A stretch of DNA of 64,000 nucleotides from Pedosphaera sp. (lineage in GTDB: Bacteria; Verrucomicrobiota; Verrucomicrobiia; Limisphaerales; SIBH01), in contig JANOQV010000184.1 of assembly GCA_031414955.1 (NCBI GenBank), positions 64,001 to 128,000 of the forward strand, given 5' to 3'. The number at the start of each line of letters is the position of its first letter. Positions within the stretch are counted from its first letter, which is position 1. Positions 9,455 to 19,329 of this stretch are shown here, piece by piece. The notes under the pieces are model-generated. The model did not search any database and had not been told where the DNA came from. It worked only from the letters and a program-made list of their open reading frames with translations. The translations under genes were made by a program, and so were the position numbers.

Positions 9455-11971
9455 TCAGCTCGAAAGCGTGGCCTCGTTGCTGGCGGCTGGGGCAGCCTTC
9501 TGGATGAAGACCAGCTTGCCATTCTCCGCCGTGACTTCCACCGGATCGCCTTCGCGGATCGCGCCCTTGAGCAGCTCCTCGGCGAGGGGATCTTCCAGGT
9601 GGCGCTCGACGGAGCGACGCATGGGGCGCGCGCCGTAGATCGGGTCGTAGCCTTTCTCAACGAGCAGATCCTTCGCCTTGGCGTCGAGGTGCAGCACAAG
9701 GTTTTTGCCCTTGAGACGCTCGGTCACTTTTTTAGCCTCAAGGTCCAGGATTTCGATGAGGTCGGGCTTGGTCAGCGAACGGAAGACGATGATGTCATCC
9801 AGGCGGTTGAGGAACTCGGGACGGAACTGCCGCTTGGCCTCCTCCAGGATTTTTTCGCGCATCTTCTCGTAGCTGGTCTCGTCCGTGATGGGGGAAAAGC
9901 CCATCGAACTTTGCTTCTTGATCGTCTCCGAGCCGACGTTCGAGGTGAGCAGGATGATGGTGTTCCGGAAGTTGATCACCCGCCCGACGTTGTCGGTCAG
10001 TTTGCCCTCCTCAAGAATCTGGAGGAGCATGTTCATCACGTCCGGGTGCGCCTTTTCGATCTCGTCGAAGAGGACCACGGAATACGGCTTGCGCCGAACC
10101 TGTTCGGTGAGCTGGCCGCCTTCCTCAAAGCCAACGTAGCCCGGCGGCGAGCCGACCATGCGCGAGGCGTTGTGGCGTTCCATGTACTCGCTCATGTCGA
10201 GCTGGATGAGGGCCTTGGAGTCACCGAACATGGATTCAGCAAGGGACTTGGCCAGGAGTGTCTTGCCCACGCCGGTCGGTCCGAGCAAGGCAAAGGTGCC
10301 GATGGGGCGCTTCGGGTCCTTCAAATCCGCGCGCGAACGGCGCAAGGCCCGGCAGATGGCCGCGACCGCCTCGCGCTGGCCGACAACCTTATGGGCCATC
10401 TCGTCTTCCAGGTTGAGAAGTCGAAGCGCCTCACCCTCTTCCATGCGCTTCAAGGGCACGCCGGTCCATTTGGAGACCACATGCAAAATTTCTTCTTCAT
10501 CCACCTTGACGCGCTTTTCTTCGCGGCTGGCTTTCCACGTCGCCAGAACGGAATCAATTTTCTCCTTGGTGTGCTTCTCCTGGTCGCGCATGGAGGCGGC
10601 ACCCTCGAAATCCTGATCGCGGATGGCCTTCTCCTTCTTGCCCTTGATCTCCTCGAGCTCGCCTTCGAGCGACTTGATCTCAGGCGGACGCGTCATGGCT
10701 CCAATGCGCGCGCGTGAACCGGCCTCGTCCATCAAGTCGATGGCCTTGTCCGGCAGGAAACGGTCCGTGATGTAACGCTCGGAAAGTTTGACCGCAGATT
10801 CGACGGCCGCGTCGGTGATCTCAGCCTTGTGATGCTCCTCGTACTTGGTGCGCAGACCCTTGAGAATGAGAATGGCCTCATCAATGGAGGGTGCCTCGAC
10901 CTTCACGGACTGGAAACGGCGTTCGAGCGCGGCGTCCTTCTCGATATACTTGCGATACTCGGTCAGCGTGGTGGCACCGATGCACTGCATCTCGCCCCGG
11001 CTGAGGGCGGGCTTGATGATATTGCTCGCGTCCATGGTGCCCTCGGCCGAGCCGGCCCCCACGATGGTGTGCAATTCGTCGATGAAGAGGATGATGTTCT
11101 TGGCCCGGCGGATTTCGTCCATGACCGCCTTGATGCGCTCCTCGAACTGGCCGCGATACTTCGTGCCCGCCACCATGAGGGCGAGATCGAGCGTGATGAC
11201 GCGCTTCTCGCGCAGAATTTCCGGCACGTTGCCTTTCGAGATTTCCTGCGCCAGACCTTCCACGATGGCGGTCTTGCCCACGCCGGCTTCGCCCAGCAGC
11301 ACCGGGTTGTTCTTGGTGCGGCGGCAAAGAATCTGAATGACGCGCTCAATCTCGTTCTGGCGTCCGATGACAGGATCCATCTCGCCCTTGCGCGCGATTT
11401 CGGTCAGGTCACGGCCGAATGCCTTGAGTGCCGGGGTCTTCACTTCGCCCTTCTTCTCGGCTTTGCTTTCGTTGCCCGGAGCAGTGCCGGCCGGTTCCAC
11501 GCCCTCCTCCTGGCTGGTGAAGTTGGGATCCAACTCCTTCAGTATCTCCTGCCGCGTCTGCTCGATGTCCACGTCCAGGTTCTTCAACACGCGCGCCGCG
11601 ACACCGTCCCCCTCACGCAGCAAGCCCAGCAGGATGTGCTCGGTGCCCACGTAGGTGTGATTCAGGTTCTTGGCTTCCTTGGCCGCGAGCGCCAGCACTT
11701 TCTTGACCCGCGGGGTGTAAGGGATGTTGCCGATCATCTTCTGATCGGGGCCGGTGCCGACCTGCTTCTCCACCTCCATGCGGACAGTTTCGAGATCCAG
11801 CCCCATCTTCTGGAGCACGTTGACCGCGACGCCCTGGCCGAGCTTGATCAGGCCGAGGAGCAGATGTTCGGTGCCGACGAAGTTGTGGTTGAACCGGTCG
11901 GCCTCCTTCCGCGCCAAAGCCAGCACCTGTTGCGCGCGGGGCGTAAAATTATTCATGGCTTCATCGCTCAT
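9455..11971 (-). CDS. clpC: ATP-dependent Clp protease ATP-binding subunit ClpC
   Basis: Two Clp-N repeats, Walker A GEAGVGKT and [19 protein letters not shown] coiled coil, [11 protein letters not shown] ClpP-docking loop. Confidence 0.97.
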   Translation of the reverse strand: MSDEAMNNFTPRAQQVLALARKEADRFNHNFVGTEHLLLGLIKLGQGVAVNVLQKMGLDLETVRMEVEKQVGTGPDQKMIGNIPYTPRVKKVLALAAKEAKNLNHTYVGTEHILLGLLREGDGVAARVLKNLDVDIEQTRQEILKELDPNFTSQEEGVEPAGTAPGNESKAEKKGEVKTPALKAFGRDLTEIARKGEMDPVIGRQNEIERVIQILCRRTKNNPVLLGEAGVGKTAIVEGLAQEISKGNVPEILREKRVITLDLALMVAGTKYRGQFEERIKAVMDEIRRAKNIILFIDELHTIVGAGSAEGTMDASNIIKPALSRGEMQCIGATTLTEYRKYIEKDAALERRFQSVKVEAPSIDEAILILKGLRTKYEEHHKAEITDAAVESAVKLSERYITDRFLPDKAIDLMDEAGSRARIGAMTRPPEIKSLEGELEEIKGKKEKAIRDQDFEGAASMRDQEKHTKEKIDSVLATWKASREEKRVKVDEEEILHVVSKWTGVPLKRMEEGEALRLLNLEDEMAHKVVGQREAVAAICRALRRSRADLKDPKRPIGTFALLGPTGVGKTLLAKSLAESMFGDSKALIQLDMSEYMERHNASRMVGSPPGYVGFEEGGQLTEQVRRKPYSVVLFDEIEKAHPDVMNMLLQILEEGKLTDNVGRVINFRNTIILLTSNVGSETIKKQSSMGFSPITDETSYEKMREKILEEAKRQFRPEFLNRLDDIIVFRSLTKPDLIEILDLEAKKVTERLKGKNLVLHLDAKAKDLLVEKGYDPIYGARPMRRSVERHLEDPLAEELLKGAIREGDPVEVTAENGKLVFIQKAAPAASNEATLSS

Positions 11972-11982
11972 AAGTTCACTTT

Positions 11983-13101
11983 CTATGTTTCGTCCGGTTT
12001 GTCCAATTTGACGGGCGCGGTGTAACCCGGGGGCGCGTGCAACGGACGGCTCACGCTGCGCAACCGCTCGCGCAACATGTCGGCTCGCAAGAGGTCGCGC
12101 TCGTCGGCCCCCAGCTTTTCGGCAAATTGCTTCTGCAAATGGGCCGGCTGCGTGACGACGAAAAGCTCGTCCACCAGCCCGCGCTCCACATCCGGAAAGA
12201 GTCCAAGGTCGAGACCCAGCCGCATGAAGGAGAGCAAGTTCATGGTCTCCTTCGAGGAAATGCTGTGCGCGTTGGCCAGGATGCCGTAGGCCCGGCCGAT
12301 CTGGTTCAGCACCGTCTTGGGCTTCTTTTCCAGCAGCGTGCCACGGGCGTTCTCTTCGTGCTCGATGATCTGCGCCAACACCTTGCTCAAGCGCTCAACA
12401 ATATCCGGCTCGGTGTCGCCCAGCGTCATCTGGTTCGAGACTTGAAAGACATTGCCCAGCGCCTCGGTCCCTTCGCCGTAGAGTCCGCGCACCGCCAGCC
12501 CGAGCTTGTTCACGGCGGAAATGATCTGGTTGATCTGCTCGGAGAGCACCAGCCCAGGCAGGTGTAGCATCGCGCTGACACGGATGCCCGTGCCCAGATT
12601 CGTCGGACAAGCGGTGAGATAACCAAGCGTCGAGTCGAAGGCGTAATCCACCTTCTTCTCCAGTTGTGAATCAAACTGATCGATGGCGGCCCAGGCCTGC
12701 TTCAACTGCAAGCCCGGCCGCAGCGCCTGCATGCGCAGATGATCCTCCTCGTTGATCATCACGCAGAGAGATTCCTCGCGGTTCAACACCAGGCCGCTGC
12801 CGGCACCCTTCGCCGCGTGCTCGCGGCTGATGAGATGGCGCTCGACAAGAATCTGCTTGTCCAGCGCGGTCAGGTTGTCCATCGACTCGGCGAAGGCACC
12901 CTTCATCGCCACCAACCCCTCCACGGCGGGCCGGATGACCTCGAGCGAGCGGATGCGTTCGGCCTTCTTGGCCCAACCGGGGAAGGCGAGCCCTTTAAGA
13001 TTGCGCGCCAGCCGCACCCGGCTCGACATCACAATCTTGCTGTGCGGCCCATCGCGGCGGGCCGTCTCCGAAGGTGGGGCGAGAAATTCGTGCAAGTTCA
13101 T
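11983..13101 (-). CDS. mcsB: Protein arginine kinase McsB
   Basis: SSRVRLARN, LVERHLIS, INEEDHLR, YLTACPTNLGTG, VRGLYGEG; ATG overlaps the mcsA stop (ATGA). Confidence 0.95.
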   Translation of the reverse strand: MNLHEFLAPPSETARRDGPHSKIVMSSRVRLARNLKGLAFPGWAKKAERIRSLEVIRPAVEGLVAMKGAFAESMDNLTALDKQILVERHLISREHAAKGAGSGLVLNREESLCVMINEEDHLRMQALRPGLQLKQAWAAIDQFDSQLEKKVDYAFDSTLGYLTACPTNLGTGIRVSAMLHLPGLVLSEQINQIISAVNKLGLAVRGLYGEGTEALGNVFQVSNQMTLGDTEPDIVERLSKVLAQIIEHEENARGTLLEKKPKTVLNQIGRAYGILANAHSISSKETMNLLSFMRLGLDLGLFPDVERGLVDELFVVTQPAHLQKQFAEKLGADERDLLRADMLRERLRSVSRPLHAPPGYTAPVKLDKPDET

Positions 13102-13604
13102 ACCGTGGTGATGGCCGCCAGCTTGTCTTTGGTCGCCTTGATTTCGTCCCGGCAGGTCGCGGCCTGCTCGAAATTCTCGTCGTTCACCGCCTTGTCGAGC
13201 TTGCGCTGGAGCACGCGCAGCTTCTCGGTGAGGTTTTGCGATTCGCGCAGCGCGGCCGGGAACTTGCCCCGGTGCCGCGTGCCCTTGTGCATGCTCTTGA
13301 GCAACTGCTCCAGGCCGTCGGCGAAAGTCTTGTAACACCCCGCGCAGCCGAGCCGGCCAGCCTTCTTGAAATCAGCCTGGGTGAAGCCGCACTCCGGGCA
13401 CTTGACCTCGGTGCCCGTGGCGTTCTCCATCTCCTGCGAAGCGCCCAGCCCGAGGAGCAGATCGGCGAGATTGAACCCGGCCGGATCGTTCGCGCCCTTC
13501 TGCTTCGAACATTCCTCGCACAGATCAACCTTCTGCATCTTCTCGCCCGCAATCTGGGTGAGATGGACCGTGGCTTCTTTTTCTTTGCAAACGCAGCACA
13601 ACAT
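13098..13604 (-). CDS. mcsA: McsA (CxxC zinc-binding, UvrB/UvrC motif)
   Basis: Four CxxC motifs, GRLGCAGCY, HRGKFP, C-terminal ENFEQAATCRDEI. Confidence 0.93.
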   Translation of the reverse strand: MLCCVCKEKEATVHLTQIAGEKMQKVDLCEECSKQKGANDPAGFNLADLLLGLGASQEMENATGTEVKCPECGFTQADFKKAGRLGCAGCYKTFADGLEQLLKSMHKGTRHRGKFPAALRESQNLTEKLRVLQRKLDKAVNDENFEQAATCRDEIKATKDKLAAITTV

Positions 13605-13777
13605 ATTTGTCAGTGGCTGGAGCTATATCGGCTCTGGCGCGATCCAAGTCAAGATGACGGAAAAACACGCCGCACAAGCCTTGACCCTAGTCAGATCGCG
13701 TGGCGAATACCCGACAAAAATGCCGGCCAGTTCGTGCCTTCCGGCGTCGGCATTTGGGAACGACGCCGCTGCGAATG

Positions 13778-13809
13778 AAAAACGCGGCCCCAAGTTAACG
13801 GGACCGCGT
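13778..13809 (-). terminator. Probable rho-independent terminator
   Basis: Minus strand ACGCGGTCCC-loop-GGGGCCGCGT followed by a T run, about 20 nt after the stop at 13831. Confidence 0.65.
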
Positions 13810-13830
13810 CGCGCCATTCACCTCACCGGG

Positions 13831-15858
13831 CTATTTGGCCTCGGCGCCTTTTTTGAACAACTCTTTGTTCTTGTCTGCCTCTTCGAGGCCCAGATCAATC
13901 TTCGCGCGGAATTCGTTGTCGAACTCCTGTAGTTCCTTGAGCGGCACGCTGATCACCGTGCCGGCGGCCACGGAATCATCTTCGCCCTTCGAGGTGATGA
14001 CCCGCATGTTCACCAGTGTGCTGTCGTCCGCGTCCTTCAAGGTGCTATCCTGTCCCGGTTCTACTTTCAGCAAGTCACCCGCCGTGAGCGTCCCCGCCGG
14101 CTTGCTGTCCTCCGCGCGGATGACACTGATGGTCTTGGACACCGGATAGATGTGCTTGGGATCTTTGAGCGCCGCGGAGACATCCGGAGAAACCAGGTTG
14201 CCGCCCTTGGCCGATTGTTCGGCGAACTCCTTTTTCTCGGCGATGGTCTGCTCGACCTGATCCTTCAACGCGTCCTTGGTTTCCTTGTCGATGGGCCTGG
14301 CGTTGGGGTTGGGTTTGTCGCCCAGCTCTTTTCGCCTGGCTTCCGCGAGTTCGGCCTTCAGGGCGCGCGCTTCGGCCCGCTCCGCCCGCGCTTCGGCTCG
14401 TTCCTTGTCCGCGATGGCTTCGGCCCGTTCGGCGGCGTCCTGGGCTTGCTCGGCGGCGGCTCTGGCCTTCGCCGCCTCCTCTTTGGCCAGGCGCACTTCC
14501 TCGCGCGTCTGCTCAATGCTGGTGGCAACCGCATAACGGTCGGCAACGTAACCGGCGACCATCCAGTCCGTGACCCAGTACGAAGGCCCGGCATAGACCG
14601 GATACGGCTCCCAATAGTAGGCGTGGTGGCGATACCAAGGGTCGCTGTTCCAACCCCACGAATAAGTGAAGCGATGTCGGGTTGGCCCGTACCAGTACGG
14701 GTCGTAGTACGTCGCGAAAACCACGGGTGCGATGATGACCGGATGATAGACATAACCCCAGCGGCAGGGGCGGTAATCCCTCACTACCGTCCGGTTCACG
14801 TTGATGACGGTGGTGTTTTTTATCACCAGGTTCTGCCGCACCACCACGTTCCGGGAAACAACCGTGCCTCTGGCATCGGTGGTGACCGTTTCCCGGGCGC
14901 GCACTTTGCCGGTTCGGTCGTAGTGAACGTCGGTGGTGTCGATTTTCTTGTCCGGGTGAACCACTGTGACCTTCTTCTCCCGGTTCCCGAGATCGAGTTC
15001 CTTGGTCTGCCTGGTGCCGTCGCGCTTCACCACTTCTTCCCTGGCCACCCGGCCGCTTGCGGTGATTTGCCTGGTTTCGGTGACACCAGATTTTTGATCG
15101 ACTTTGGTGACCTCGCGCGGCTTGCCGCTGGGAGCCAGCCGTTGGGTTTCGCCGTTGGCCTTTTTCACTTCGGTCAACTGCGGGCGTGGAACCGCAGGTC
15201 CTGCGGTTGTCCCGCCGCTTCTGCCGCCCTCGGTCCTGGCTCCGATCGAATTACCCTGACCCTGATTGCCTCGACCTTGGTTTTGATTGCCCTGACCTGC
15301 GTTGCCCGGCGCGGTGTTGCCCTGGCCGCGATTACCCTGGTCCTTGCCTTGGTTCTGGTTGCCGCGATTCGGTTCGGCCGGGCCTTTTCCGGAAGTTTGC
15401 CCCTGCCCCTGGTTTTTTTGGCCGCGCTCGCCCACGTCTGGGTTATTGCCACGATTGACCGTGCCCTGGCCTTGATTACCGCGGTTCACTTCACCCGGGC
15501 CTTGGTTGCGTTGACCCTGGTTCACCTGTGCCGGGTTGCCCTGACCACGAACGCCTTGGTCTTGATTGCCCCGATTCGGATTTGCCTGGCCTTGATTACC
15601 CTGCCCCTGATTGCCGACGCCCGCGCCGGTCCGATTTGGATTGCCCTGGCTGGGGTTGGCCTGGACTGGATTGGGCTGGGCACGGTTGCCCTGCCCCTGA
15701 TTGCCCGGCGCTGGGTTGGCGCGATTCTGGTTGCCCGGATTCTGCTTGGGCTGCGGTTGCTCCTTCTCCTTTTTGTCCGCGGCGTTGCCGTTGATCAGAC
15801 TCGCCGCCAACAGGAGGCTGCCAGCCCGGATGATCCATCGGGATTTAATATGTTTCAT
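13831..15858 (-). CDS. Secreted hypothetical protein with G/N/Q repeats, aromatic-rich segment and coiled coil
   Basis: Signal-like N-terminus MKHIKSRWIIRAGSLLLAASLINGNAA, many (N)RGNQGQ-type repeats, Y/W/P-rich block, A/E/R helical block. Confidence 0.8.
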   Translation of the reverse strand: MKHIKSRWIIRAGSLLLAASLINGNAADKKEKEQPQPKQNPGNQNRANPAPGNQGQGNRAQPNPVQANPSQGNPNRTGAGVGNQGQGNQGQANPNRGNQDQGVRGQGNPAQVNQGQRNQGPGEVNRGNQGQGTVNRGNNPDVGERGQKNQGQGQTSGKGPAEPNRGNQNQGKDQGNRGQGNTAPGNAGQGNQNQGRGNQGQGNSIGARTEGGRSGGTTAGPAVPRPQLTEVKKANGETQRLAPSGKPREVTKVDQKSGVTETRQITASGRVAREEVVKRDGTRQTKELDLGNREKKVTVVHPDKKIDTTDVHYDRTGKVRARETVTTDARGTVVSRNVVVRQNLVIKNTTVINVNRTVVRDYRPCRWGYVYHPVIIAPVVFATYYDPYWYGPTRHRFTYSWGWNSDPWYRHHAYYWEPYPVYAGPSYWVTDWMVAGYVADRYAVATSIEQTREEVRLAKEEAAKARAAAEQAQDAAERAEAIADKERAEARAERAEARALKAELAEARRKELGDKPNPNARPIDKETKDALKDQVEQTIAEKKEFAEQSAKGGNLVSPDVSAALKDPKHIYPVSKTISVIRAEDSKPAGTLTAGDLLKVEPGQDSTLKDADDSTLVNMRVITSKGEDDSVAAGTVISVPLKELQEFDNEFRAKIDLGLEEADKNKELFKKGAEAK

Positions 15859-16223
15859 GGGTAAAGCCCTTTCTGTGTTGTTCTGCCTAGTGTCGTTCTG
15901 TCGGGGAAATAAATGCTTGAGGCACATCAACGGTCCACTCAGTCCGCTGATATGCCGCGCCTGGGTCATGGGCACTGCGAAAGACTCGCGGCGAGTTCCA
16001 GATTGATTCTTTGTGCTCATCACCAGCCATTACGGGATTCTCCGGCTGCCGTTACCAGCCAATTGCGCATTTTCCGAATCCTCCTCAGACGCTGGTGCTG
16101 CGTGGACAACATGTGCCAGGCGAAAACCCCGGCGGCAATCCTGCTGAACAGGGCCGCCTCCGGCCTTGCCTTCGGCCTGGGGAATGCAGATAAGACTCGC
16201 AGCCAGCGACTCCGGGATTAGCC

Positions 16224-16952
16224 ATGGCCAACGATTTCTTCGACCAAACCAAGTGGAGCACCGTGCTCCGGGCCGGCGCGGATGACACGCAAGTTCGCCT
16301 CGCCGCACTCGAACGCCTGCTCACCCGCTACCGCCGCCCGATTCTGCTGGAGTTCCAATCCCGCGCCCGCTGCGCCCCGCTCGAAGCCGAGGAACTCGCG
16401 CACCAATTTTTCCACGATTGTCTGCGCCGTGATTTTCTCAAGGATATCGATCCCGCGCGCGGGCGCTTCCGCGCCTTCATCAAAGGCTGCATCACGAATT
16501 TCCTGCGCGACCAGCACGACAAGTTCACGGCGCAAAAGCGCGGCGGCGGCCTGGCACCCGTTTCGCTCGACGAAACCTACGAAGATGGCACGCCCCGGCA
16601 CGATCCCGCCGGCGAAAACGAATCTCCGCACTTCGATCTCGACCGGGCCTGGGCGCGCGAAGTGTTGGAACTGGCGCTCGCGGAACTCGAACAGGAATGC
16701 GTCAACGCCCGGCGCGGCCCGTTGTTCGTCGCCTTGAAGCCGTTCCTGCAAGGCGATCCCGAAAATGGCGGCTACAGCGCCGCCGCGTCGCGCCTGGGCA
16801 TGAACGAAGGTGCCGTGCGCGTGGCCGCCCATCGCCTGCGCCAGCGCCTGGGTGAATTGATCGAGGCGGAGATCAAGCAAACCGTGACCGTCGCCGAGGA
16901 CTGGCGGGACGAATTGCGCTATTTCCTGGAACTGCTGGGCGGAAAGTCGTGA
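16224..16952 (+). CDS. ECF-type RNA polymerase sigma factor (Ser/Thr-kinase-associated type)
   Basis: FDQTKWSTV leader, AEELAHQFF, DPARGRFRAFI, KRGGG, region 4 GMNEGAVRVAAHRLRQR; directly upstream of a kinase. Confidence 0.88.
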   Translation: MANDFFDQTKWSTVLRAGADDTQVRLAALERLLTRYRRPILLEFQSRARCAPLEAEELAHQFFHDCLRRDFLKDIDPARGRFRAFIKGCITNFLRDQHDKFTAQKRGGGLAPVSLDETYEDGTPRHDPAGENESPHFDLDRAWAREVLELALAELEQECVNARRGPLFVALKPFLQGDPENGGYSAAASRLGMNEGAVRVAAHRLRQRLGELIEAEIKQTVTVAEDWRDELRYFLELLGGKS

Positions 16953-17006
16953 ACGGCTGATGTCAGCGGGCTGTAACAAGGCTGCGCGATTGCCTTATTG
17001 GAACAT

Positions 17007-19280
17007 ATGAGCAAAGAAACACGCTGCCCCCGTTGCGGTTCGCCGCTGGAATCCTCCAGCGCGTCCTGTCCGCATTGTTTGCTCGCCACCGCGGGCAAGC
17101 CGCCCAGCACCATCAAGCTCGGTCCCGGCTTTCTCGATGATCTGCCGATGCCATCAGACCAACTCGTCATTGCGGACAAATACACGGTCATCGAAACCAT
17201 TGCCCGCGGCGGCATGGGCGTTGTGTACAAGGCCCGGCAGGAAAACCTCAATCGCATCGTCGCGGTCAAAATGCTGCTCGGTGGCGCTCATGCCGGCGAC
17301 GATTACAAACGCCGCTTCCTGCAAGAGGCGAAGGCTGCCGCCCAACTCAAGCACCCGAACATTGTCTCCATCCACGACTGGGGCGATGACCGGGGCCAGC
17401 CGTTCTTCTCGATGGACTTCATCGAAGGCCAGACGCTGGCGGAGATGGCCCGCCGCCACCCGTTGAGTTCGAGTGCCGCCGCGGAAATCACGCGCACGCT
17501 GGCGCAGGCGATGCAGTACGCCCACAGCCAGGGCGTTTTGCACCGTGACCTCAAGCCGTCGAACGTGCTCGTGGATGTGGCGGGTGTGCCGCACATTTCC
17601 GACTTTGGCCTGGCCCGCCAGTTGAACAGTGAAGCGATGCTGACTGTTTCCGGCGACGTGCTCGGCACGCCGGGATACCTGCCGCCGGAACAAGCCGCTG
17701 CCAAACGAGAGCTGATTGGGCCGCACAGCGACGTGTATGGCCTGGGGGCCATTCTTTATTATTTGTTGACCAGCCAGCCGCCCCACTCCGCCGATTCCGT
17801 CGGCGAGGCGTTGCGTGCGGTCGAGGAGAAGGAACCGATTCCGCCCCGGCAGTTGAATGCGTCGGTCGATGCGGTCCTTGAGGCGATCTGCTTGAAGTGT
17901 CTGGCCAAAGATCCGGCTTTTCGCTACCCCACGGCGAGCGCCCTGGCCGCAGATCTCGAACGATGGCAGCAAGGTTTGCCGGTGCGGATTGGAGCGTGGT
18001 CGCCCGCGCAGAGCATCCGGTATTTGCGAAATCATCCTTGGCGCGCAGCGTTCAGCGGCGCGTTTGCCCTGTGGGCTGTCCTGGCGATTGCGGCGCAATG
18101 GTTCGGCTTGAGGATTTTCTATTGGGAAATGCTTCCGCGCGTCGCGTTTTTCAACGGACTCGAGCCTTACTGGCGGCCTTCAACCATCGCGTTCAGCAGT
18201 CTGCTGGTTGCAGCGGCCGTGGTGGGCCTGCTCTGCGGATGGCGGCGCAGGCGATATAATCCAGTCCCGCTTTTTTCCGGGCTGGCGCTGGTGGTGTCCA
18301 TGCTCGGGGTGGTGATGTTCCGCGCGGCGGCCAGTCCTCTCCACGCCGCACGCAATCTGCCAGGTTTCTCAGGCTACGTGCGGTTCCAAACAAACGGCAC
18401 GATGCTGGCCACTTTCAACACCGGAGCCATCCGAAGTTTCAAGCCTGACCTGACGGAGGCGGAATCTCCATTGAAGTCGGCCGCGTTGGGCGCGCAGCGA
18501 ATCGCAATCTCTCCGACCGGTGATCGTTGTGCCGTGGTCACCAGTGCCGGGGCCGTCCAACTCATCGAGTTGCCGTCGGGTCGATTGATTCAAAGTCTGT
18601 CGGTGCCAGGCTGGCCCGCGCAGGCCGGCGCCTTCTCGCCGGATGGCCGCGCGCTGGCCGTGCTGGTTTCCGCCATCTACGACAAGGTGAAGGAACGTTT
18701 GCAGGCCCCGCCGGACGGCAGCCTGACCCTCTACTCGGCGGTCGATGGCAGCAAGATATCGGTCGAGCCGACACCGCTGGTCACCGGTTACTGGCAGGCG
18801 CTGGATTGGAAGGGCGAGATTATCGCCATCGCGGATGGTTACGAGGACGCGCGACGCGGCACGTTGTTGTGGGAGGTCGCCGCACACCGCGTGCTGCATT
18901 TTCTCCAGCACCCGGAACATCAGAGCGGCCCGTTGAGCGTCGCCTTGTCGCCAGACGCGCGGCTCCTGGCCGTCGGCTACGGACCCTACGACGTGGGCTT
19001 GTGGGATGTTCGCACGGGAGAGTTGCTGCGAACGCTGCCGAGCCGGAACAACTGGGTCGTGGCCGTCGAGTTTTCGCCCGACGGAAAAACACTCGCTTCC
19101 GGGGAAGGCGACTCCGCCGTGCGGCTGTGGGACGTTGCCACCGGCAAAGCCCTGCGAGTCTTTGGCATGGGTTCGCAAAACAGTTCCGATTACTGCTATT
19201 CGGTCAGCTTTGATCCCTCCGGCCAACTGCTGGCCTGCGGCTCGCAGCGCAGCGCCGCAGTCGTCTGGCGCGTCAAGTGA
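17007..19280 (+). CDS. Hanks-type Ser/Thr protein kinase with TM segments and C-terminal WD40 repeats
   Basis: N-terminal CPRC/CPHC, RGGMGVVY, VAVK, HRDLKPSN, DFGLAR, GTPGYLPPEQ; three hydrophobic segments; FSPDG...VRLWD repeats. Confidence 0.93.
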   Translation: MSKETRCPRCGSPLESSSASCPHCLLATAGKPPSTIKLGPGFLDDLPMPSDQLVIADKYTVIETIARGGMGVVYKARQENLNRIVAVKMLLGGAHAGDDYKRRFLQEAKAAAQLKHPNIVSIHDWGDDRGQPFFSMDFIEGQTLAEMARRHPLSSSAAAEITRTLAQAMQYAHSQGVLHRDLKPSNVLVDVAGVPHISDFGLARQLNSEAMLTVSGDVLGTPGYLPPEQAAAKRELIGPHSDVYGLGAILYYLLTSQPPHSADSVGEALRAVEEKEPIPPRQLNASVDAVLEAICLKCLAKDPAFRYPTASALAADLERWQQGLPVRIGAWSPAQSIRYLRNHPWRAAFSGAFALWAVLAIAAQWFGLRIFYWEMLPRVAFFNGLEPYWRPSTIAFSSLLVAAAVVGLLCGWRRRRYNPVPLFSGLALVVSMLGVVMFRAAASPLHAARNLPGFSGYVRFQTNGTMLATFNTGAIRSFKPDLTEAESPLKSAALGAQRIAISPTGDRCAVVTSAGAVQLIELPSGRLIQSLSVPGWPAQAGAFSPDGRALAVLVSAIYDKVKERLQAPPDGSLTLYSAVDGSKISVEPTPLVTGYWQALDWKGEIIAIADGYEDARRGTLLWEVAAHRVLHFLQHPEHQSGPLSVALSPDARLLAVGYGPYDVGLWDVRTGELLRTLPSRNNWVVAVEFSPDGKTLASGEGDSAVRLWDVATGKALRVFGMGSQNSSDYCYSVSFDPSGQLLACGSQRSAAVVWRVK

Positions 19281-19329
19281 AGCCATGAAGCCGATGGGAA
19301 AGCGGGAGTGAAGTGAAGCCCCGAAACGA

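Noticed and set aside
13605..13780. Possible CtsR box upstream of mcsA (GTCAAG, TTGACC)
   Set aside because: No properly spaced direct heptad repeat
15250..15750. Repetitive DNA that might be a CRISPR array
   Set aside because: Imperfect codon-phased repeats encoding GNQGQ; no constant repeat/unique spacer pattern and no cas genes
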